64,000 nucleotides of DNA from Chrysomallon squamiferum (Eukaryota; Animalia; Mollusca), in assembly GCA_012295275.1 (NCBI GenBank), contig CM022670.1:37076001-37140000 (forward strand), in the 5' to 3' direction. Below are positions 57,622 through 64,000 of the stretch, in pieces (within the stretch, counting starts at the first letter, position 1; each line of letters starts with the position of its first letter). The translations under genes were made by a program, and so were the position numbers. Below the pieces are notes generated by a model. It made no database searches. It was given only the letters and a program-made list of their open reading frames with translations, and had not been told where the DNA came from.

Positions 57622-58171
57622 GTTTAATAAGACAATTTGGAAGAACTTATTTTACAGTTATATTAATTATTAAATAAATAAATTACAAGGATGATAAAAT
57701 ATATATTATTTATTAATGAATAATAATAATCTCCAATTAATTGTAGATTAAAATCGGAGTAAAAACATGAAAAGGGTTAGAACAGATGTTAAAATTATTG
57801 AATTCCCTTTGGTGACAGCTTTGACAAATCAGATATGGTTTTCTTTGAGATTTGGACTTTATCACACTGGTACACTGAATACTGAACAAAAAGAAAACTT
57901 TAAAATGAATGATGACTGATCATACTTGTGTGAGAAGTCTGCACATATAAAATGGAAACAAAACTTCATCCATTTTAATTCTTCTAAGATAGATATCTTT
58001 GAAAAATTCATGACAGAAGTGAGCTGTACTATTTAATTATTAAATATTGGATTAAACATCAATTTTTGTTTTGTTTTTTTGTTTTTGTTTTTATTTTTTC
58101 TTTAAATATTTTTAGCATATAAAAAATAAAAAATAAATATAATTGAATGAATCAGACAATCAAAAGTAATA

Positions 58172-61100
58172 TTAAAATATAAAGTATTCTGTATCAGGAA
58201 TTATTTTTTTCAGTTTGTCAATCATGTCCTGTTCAAAAGATTTAGATCCACATATAAGAAATTTCTGACTTCTGTGAGAACTGTTAATAATGTCTGTTTT
58301 GAGGAAAGTCTCTGTTATTCTTCCAAAGTGGATTTTGTCACTGTATCTGTAAACTGCACTGGGTTTCTTAGGATCTTCCTGAAAAAAAAAAAAAAAAAAA
58401 AAAAATAAATAAAAGGTTATGAAAGTTTGAACAGAATGAATTACATGTTTTTTTTACTGACAGTTATTTAAAAAACATGATTATTATGATTTATAAATAA
58501 AAAGAATAAAAAATAAAAGAATAAAAATAAAATAAAAATTTGCTTTTAAAATAAAAATTCTATCAAATTAACATTAATGGACCCATTTAGCTTTTTCCCA
58601 TCACAACCAGTAAAAAAAATCTGTTAAAAATCAAAAATAAAATATACTGAGATATCAAAAATAACAAATGCTAGCAAAGCTGGAACACAACTGTAAATCT
58701 CAAAATTCTCTAAAATTAATATTCATTATTCAGAAAGCTAACACTGGCAAATCATTTTTAATCAATGATCAAATGAGGTTAATTTTATAAACTGAACTTT
58801 GGTCCTTCTGCCTACATGATTTCAAAATGTATAATAAAAAAAAACACCACTGGAGCTATTTTTGTGTTCTAGCTAGTGGAAAGAAGTTCTGTACCTGGCT
58901 GAGGGCATAGACGACTTTAAAATTCCAGTATCCTGCCCATTCATTTAGCTCTGCTTTAAGATGGATGTCTTTGTAAGTTCTACATGCGTATACGAGCACA
59001 AGAAATGTTTCGTCATCTGGGTTTGACAGAACTGTTTGGATAATCTGAGCCATGGGTGTAATTCCAGTACCTGCTGCTAGCATGTAAACATGGGAATACT
59101 GAAAACAAAGATAATATTAATAATAACACACGCACACCATCCATACAAGAGAATTTAAAATAACAAAAAACACTTCAGATTTATAGTGTAGTGTATCAAA
59201 ACATTCTGAAACTATTTTCATCAAACGCACGATACATAAATAAGTAAGTAAACAAATAAATGAAATCAAAATTTATAACTAAAATTAATATGTCTAAAAC
59301 AATAAAACATATTCAGCAAGTTGCTTACTGTTACACAGGAAAGGTTAAAAACAGATTTTTTTTACACTCTGGAGGATACAACAGTTTTTAAACATCACTG
59401 ACAGAGAAGTCATTTACTTCAAACAAAATGTAGACAAATGAATCATTAACTTTGTATTCAGAGTGGCACTTTCCCAAGCTTTTTCAAACAAGAGTTTACA
59501 CAAAATATTTACTTGAGCAGGATTGTTAAGCAATGTGATTATAAAACCGAAGCAGTCTGACTCTTCATTAGCCACTGACCTCATTAGCTTTGTAACTAAA
59601 GCTGCCAAGAGGACCTCGAATGTCAACTGAAGTGCCGACGTTCCAGTCCTTTACAAGTTTTGACATCTTGCCCTGGGAATAAACCTGCAAACAATGTGGA
59701 CTTTTTGAGTCTTTGATCTTCTTGGATCAGAACAGCATGGGAAAATAGCAGAAAACTGCAGCAAGATTATTCTGTGTCTAGGATTAATATATTTTTGTTG
59801 TTAATCACGGCTAAAAATAGATGAAATGAAATGAAATATATTTAATCCCATTTGATAAAGAATTGTTTTTACGTCAAAATGAATGATGAAATAAAATGTA
59901 TGTCCTTCAAAACTATGACCTGCAAGAACTTCCATCAAAAGGACAGGATATATTGATTATCGAAATTGAAAAAGAACAAATAATTAATTAAAAAACAACA
60001 ACAAACATTTTTTTTATTTTTTTATATCAACAGCAGTATGGCAACAAACATAAAGATACGGCCTAACTGTATAATGAGAGAGTAAATCCACTGCTTGTAT
60101 ATAGTGTCCATGCACAAAATTAAGCACTTTGAAATAACTATACACTGGTACTTAACTTTTACATGAAAAATTATTTTTTTTTATTGTAAAATACTTCTGG
60201 ATTGAAAGAAAACACACATCTGAGTAATTAACAAGTAACAAAGCTTCACATCAGGTCAGTAGCTTAGTATAAATATCACTTAATAAAAACTGTTGACTTT
60301 AAAAAACCCCACCTTTATTAACAGCTCAAAATAACCTTCTGCTATGACATCACTGATTGGAGTGTACTGCCTGGTCACTGGTTCGCCTTTGGTGAAACCC
60401 CTGTAAAGTAATGAACATTTTGTTTAATAAAGATAGTTTACTAAAACACTTAACAAAAAAAAATATAGTTATTACTATAGTTTTGGAAAGAAAGGAAGAA
60501 CTGTTCTCTTTAATGATGCACTCAAGACCACAAACTGACCAGAAATAACTGCTCAGTTAGAACTAGTGTGAAGCATGTAATTATTGTAATGCTTGGTCTG
60601 TTCAGGTTCAAACTGGAGTAAAATGACAACTTCCATAATTTGGAGGTAAAATCTTCCATCATCTATGAAACAAACATGTAAATATTCTACCTGTGTCAAA
60701 TCAGAAATGATCATTTTTCAGTCCTATTTCAATACATAAAATCTCTCACTTCTACAGAAACTGTTTAATCACAGTTTTCTTCTCTCATACAACATTTTAA
60801 TAATTAATATCAAAAATATGTGTATGTGCCCAGAATAAAAATATAACAATGTTATTATAGATTAACAAAACAGATAAAATAATAACAAACCTGATGATGA
60901 TATGTTGCCCAGTACTAATGCCAAGAGATACATCTTCTGGTAAAGCCAGTTTGTATCTGTATGTATTGGCTGTATCATTTGTCACAGAAATTATCCAAAA
61001 CTGCCGATATTCATCGACAGAAAGGGGTGGACCCTAAACAAATTAAATATGTGTATAAATCACATTATTTGACAAGAAATTCAATAAATAATTAAAAACA

Positions 61101-61672
61101 TGGTGGGTCCTTTTAAAAAGTAAAATATATTTTAAGTATGTACGTTACTAAATTATATTTAGAAATTCTATGTTTAAAAACAAGAGTTGTCCCTTAAAGC
61201 ATTATTTGTGTAAAAATACGTTATAGAATTTTGCATTAATATGTCACTAATAAATTTCAAAACAGGTGATGAAGTATTAACTCTCAGATTTTATTTTGAA
61301 TCCATTCCATGTTTTCTTAATACAAATAATAATGATTTACAATATATACATATACGTATTTTTGTTTATTTCTTTGTTTCATTGCTGTTTTTAAATACAG
61401 AATGAAAAAGTAAACTTTTGTAAATATTAATATACAGTTTATTTGAAACTGTTAAAATGTTATTAAAAGAAATGTACCTGACATTTGCCACTGTTGCCTT
61501 TAATGTTTCTTTGTTTCTTTTTACATTCCTTTTCCCATATTTTAATTTCCTGATCATAAATGTCAAAAATACAGGGATCACAACCATTACCACAACAGTC
61601 TTTATCTAATGGTTTAACTGGCTTCTGCGGAACATCACAAAAATCATTAATTTCAGGATGATCCATAACCAT
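58172..61672 (-). CDS. CYB5RL: NADH-cytochrome b5 reductase-like protein (N-terminal oxidoreductase-like Cys motif, FAD- and NAD-binding FNR domains), ~313 aa
   Basis: Exons 61672-61478, 61033-60891, 60400-60313, 59684-59580, 59098-58895, 58378-58172 (TAA). Motifs: P.KP...DCCGNGCDPCIFDIY, GQHI, RQYTP, LIKVYSQGKMS, RGP.G, MLAAGTGITPM, ICGS, terminal F. A non-coding first exon probably ends at 61896. Confidence 0.94.
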
Positions 61673-61913
61673 TTTGTACAGATATTTTATCCAAATTGGT
61701 ATTGGTTATTATTATAATGTTCATCTGAAAAATAAAATAAGTTTTAAAATTTTATTTCTATAAGTCTAAATCCGAAATACAAAATATAAATAAATAAATA
61801 AATAAATAAATAAAATATGATATGATAATTATTTTTATGTTACAGTCTCAAGTTCTCTTTTTTTTAATCACAAATTAACATACTATGATACTTACATAGT
61901 TGATGGTAACCAT

Positions 61914-62262
61914 GGTTATTCGCTTATTCATATTCGTAAAATTCCTATGTATCAAAAAATAATAATTGTATTATTTCAGGTTTTTTCACTGACATCATGG
62001 TAAGCTTTGTATTTGCTAAGTTTACAGAAGAAATTAATTTCATGCGCTGATGTCTAATTTGAACTTACTCATGTAAATGTTATTATTAGCCTATCTGGAA
62101 TTATCTCCCTTATACTAAAACGAGAAATCTTTCTACTGAAATGAACAGATTAGTCTTTACTTCCTGTTTGAGCTCACTATACCGAAAATAATAATAGTTT
62201 TCATCATAATAAAGTTCCTTGCTTTGCTTTAGAAGTTTTCATTTTCATAATCGTGGTCAATA
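61914..62262. promoter_or_regulatory. Compact bidirectional promoter region CYB5RL / PARS2
   Basis: The ATGs are 591 bp apart head-to-head; CATGCGC (~62041) and ACTTCCTG (ETS/GABP-like, ~62159). Confidence 0.55.
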
Positions 62263-62517
62263 ATGAGGGTTTTATGTAATTGTATTTCAAAAAAGCCTTC
62301 ATGTAAATATGTGCAACTGAAACGATATTATAGACGATATGTTTCCAAAATGTTCCAAAACTTTGGGAAAGTGCAACCTCCAGATACGACTTATTCATGT
62401 AAAAGTCAGAAGGTATGATAAAATACTCCTTTATAAATAAATATATTCTGGAAATATTAGTTAAGTAATATAGCATATTAAAGTAGTAGTAGTAGTAATA
62501 ATTATTATTAATATTAA

Positions 62518-62610
<93 letters not shown>

Positions 62611-63462
62611 AAATATAAAAACGAATCAGCAGATGTATAATGGACATAATATATGATGATAACATTTTAAAAAAGCAATGATCAGTATACCAGTTACCTT
62701 ACATAGTAGTAAGACCCATAATAAAAATAATAGTATTCTGGCCAGTATTTTATAATTTATAGATAATATTTGTTTAGCTGAAAATCATTATATTTTTTCA
62801 GCTGATGTTGTACAATGATGTCATCGAACCATGTCATACAGGAACATTTCATTTGCTTCCTTTTGGATACCGAGCATTTGAAAAACTGATAAAAATAATT
62901 GATAGAGAAATGCAAGCAATTGGTGGACAGAAATTAGCTATGCCATCTTTAGCTCATGCTGATGTGTGGAAAACCTCAGGTAAAATATTTTTTATAGATT
63001 ATTTCCATTAAATACTTCATTTAGATTGCATGTGTGTGTGTATTTATATATATATATAATAACAAGTCCAGATTATTTTCCCATGATGATTAATGAATAT
63101 TCTTTTGATAAATAATCTGTACTATGGTTAAAGATTTATTGTTCCATGTAATTTTTGAAAACAACAGTATATCCTATATATCAGTTGATGGAGATTTAAA
63201 GAAAACACACGTGAATATATTTACAAATGTTAATGCTGTTATATTTTTTTATTATTTTTAAAAATGAATATAAGTTTGATCACTGATCACCAAAAAAATC
63301 CAATAACAGTGAGTTGATTGTATCTTGATTGTTAATTTTTTATTTTCAGTTTTTTAAAATAATACTTAAATAATTGCTATCCTTTCAGGAAGATGGGATT
63401 TGGTGGGTGCAGAACTTTTTAAGCTGAAGGACAGACATGAAAATGAATATTGCCTTGGACCA
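62263..63462 (+). CDS. PARS2: Mitochondrial prolyl-tRNA synthetase, 5' partial (continues beyond the window)
   Basis: Exons 62263-62412 ([32 protein letters not shown]...SCKSQK; basic presequence-like), 62802-62979 (LML...[38 protein letters not shown]) and 63389-63462 ([24 protein letters not shown]); class IIa ProRS motif 1. Confidence 0.93.
62483..62610. repeat. (TAT)n/(TAG)n compound microsatellite in PARS2 intron 1
   Basis: Direct reading. Confidence 0.92.
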
Positions 63463-64000
63463 GTAAGTATTTCCATGTCAACTATTTGGCAACATATCTG
63501 TCTAAATTAGATAAAAGCATGTTGCCCTACAAATCTTTAATACTTATATTACACTAATATCATCTCTATGAACTGAGTTATATTGGATACATAGTGGATG
63601 ACATTTTACCCTGGTAAAACATACATTAAATACATACTAACATGAGACTTATCTTCATTTATTCATCTGAGGTTTAGTTCATGTTACAGAAATATTTAAT
63701 ATTTTTGGAAATCTCTGTCTTTATTTTTCATTAAAATAACAACATTTTATTACTAGCTAATATTTTTTTTTATGTCTCCTTTAATTTAGAGTTACTAATT
63801 CAAAATCCTTCTTTATAAACAATTTTAATTTTTCATTTGTTTGATCTGTTTGCATGTTTCTCTGTTAATAAATAATATTTAAACCTCACTCCTAATATTT
63901 GCTTATCCTGAACAATATTTGCTCTCTGTAACTTATTTTTAATTAATACTTCTTTTTATATATAAATAATTTTATTTAAAAAATATATTTATGTCAAAAT

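Noticed and set aside
62204-62665. 153-aa minus-strand ORF with poly-T/N/Y
   Set aside because: Microsatellite translation antisense to PARS2 exon 1 and intron 1

Overview
This is AT-rich, intron-rich eukaryotic (invertebrate-like, possibly molluscan; taxon not provable from sequence) genomic DNA with no prokaryotic features. Joining GT-AG exons by hand with consistent phases gave seven genes. They are PAN3 (-, 18 coding exons, ~736 aa), an orphan SOCS-box protein (+, one coding exon), DPH2 (-, 6 exons, ~522 aa), SMC2 (+, 25 exons, ~1205 aa), a signal peptide-EGF-SEA-cbEGF-EGF-TM surface protein (-, 11 exons, ~546 aa), CYB5RL (-, 6 exons, ~313 aa) and the 5' part of mitochondrial PARS2 (+). 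Non-genic features include a pogo/Tigger-type MITE with TIRs and a TA target duplication, an RTE-LINE 3' remnant, minisatellites and many microsatellites. The most unusual signals are: a 52-bp x8 array repeating the SMC2 exon-17 splice donor; a six-unit degenerate array in the SMC2 3'UTR; a 93-nt hairpin whose four in-helix substitutions are G.U wobbles; a promoter-like cassette antisense in the SEA gene's first intron; and an overlapping uORF on CYB5RL. None of these shows a new system by itself; they are testable leads.
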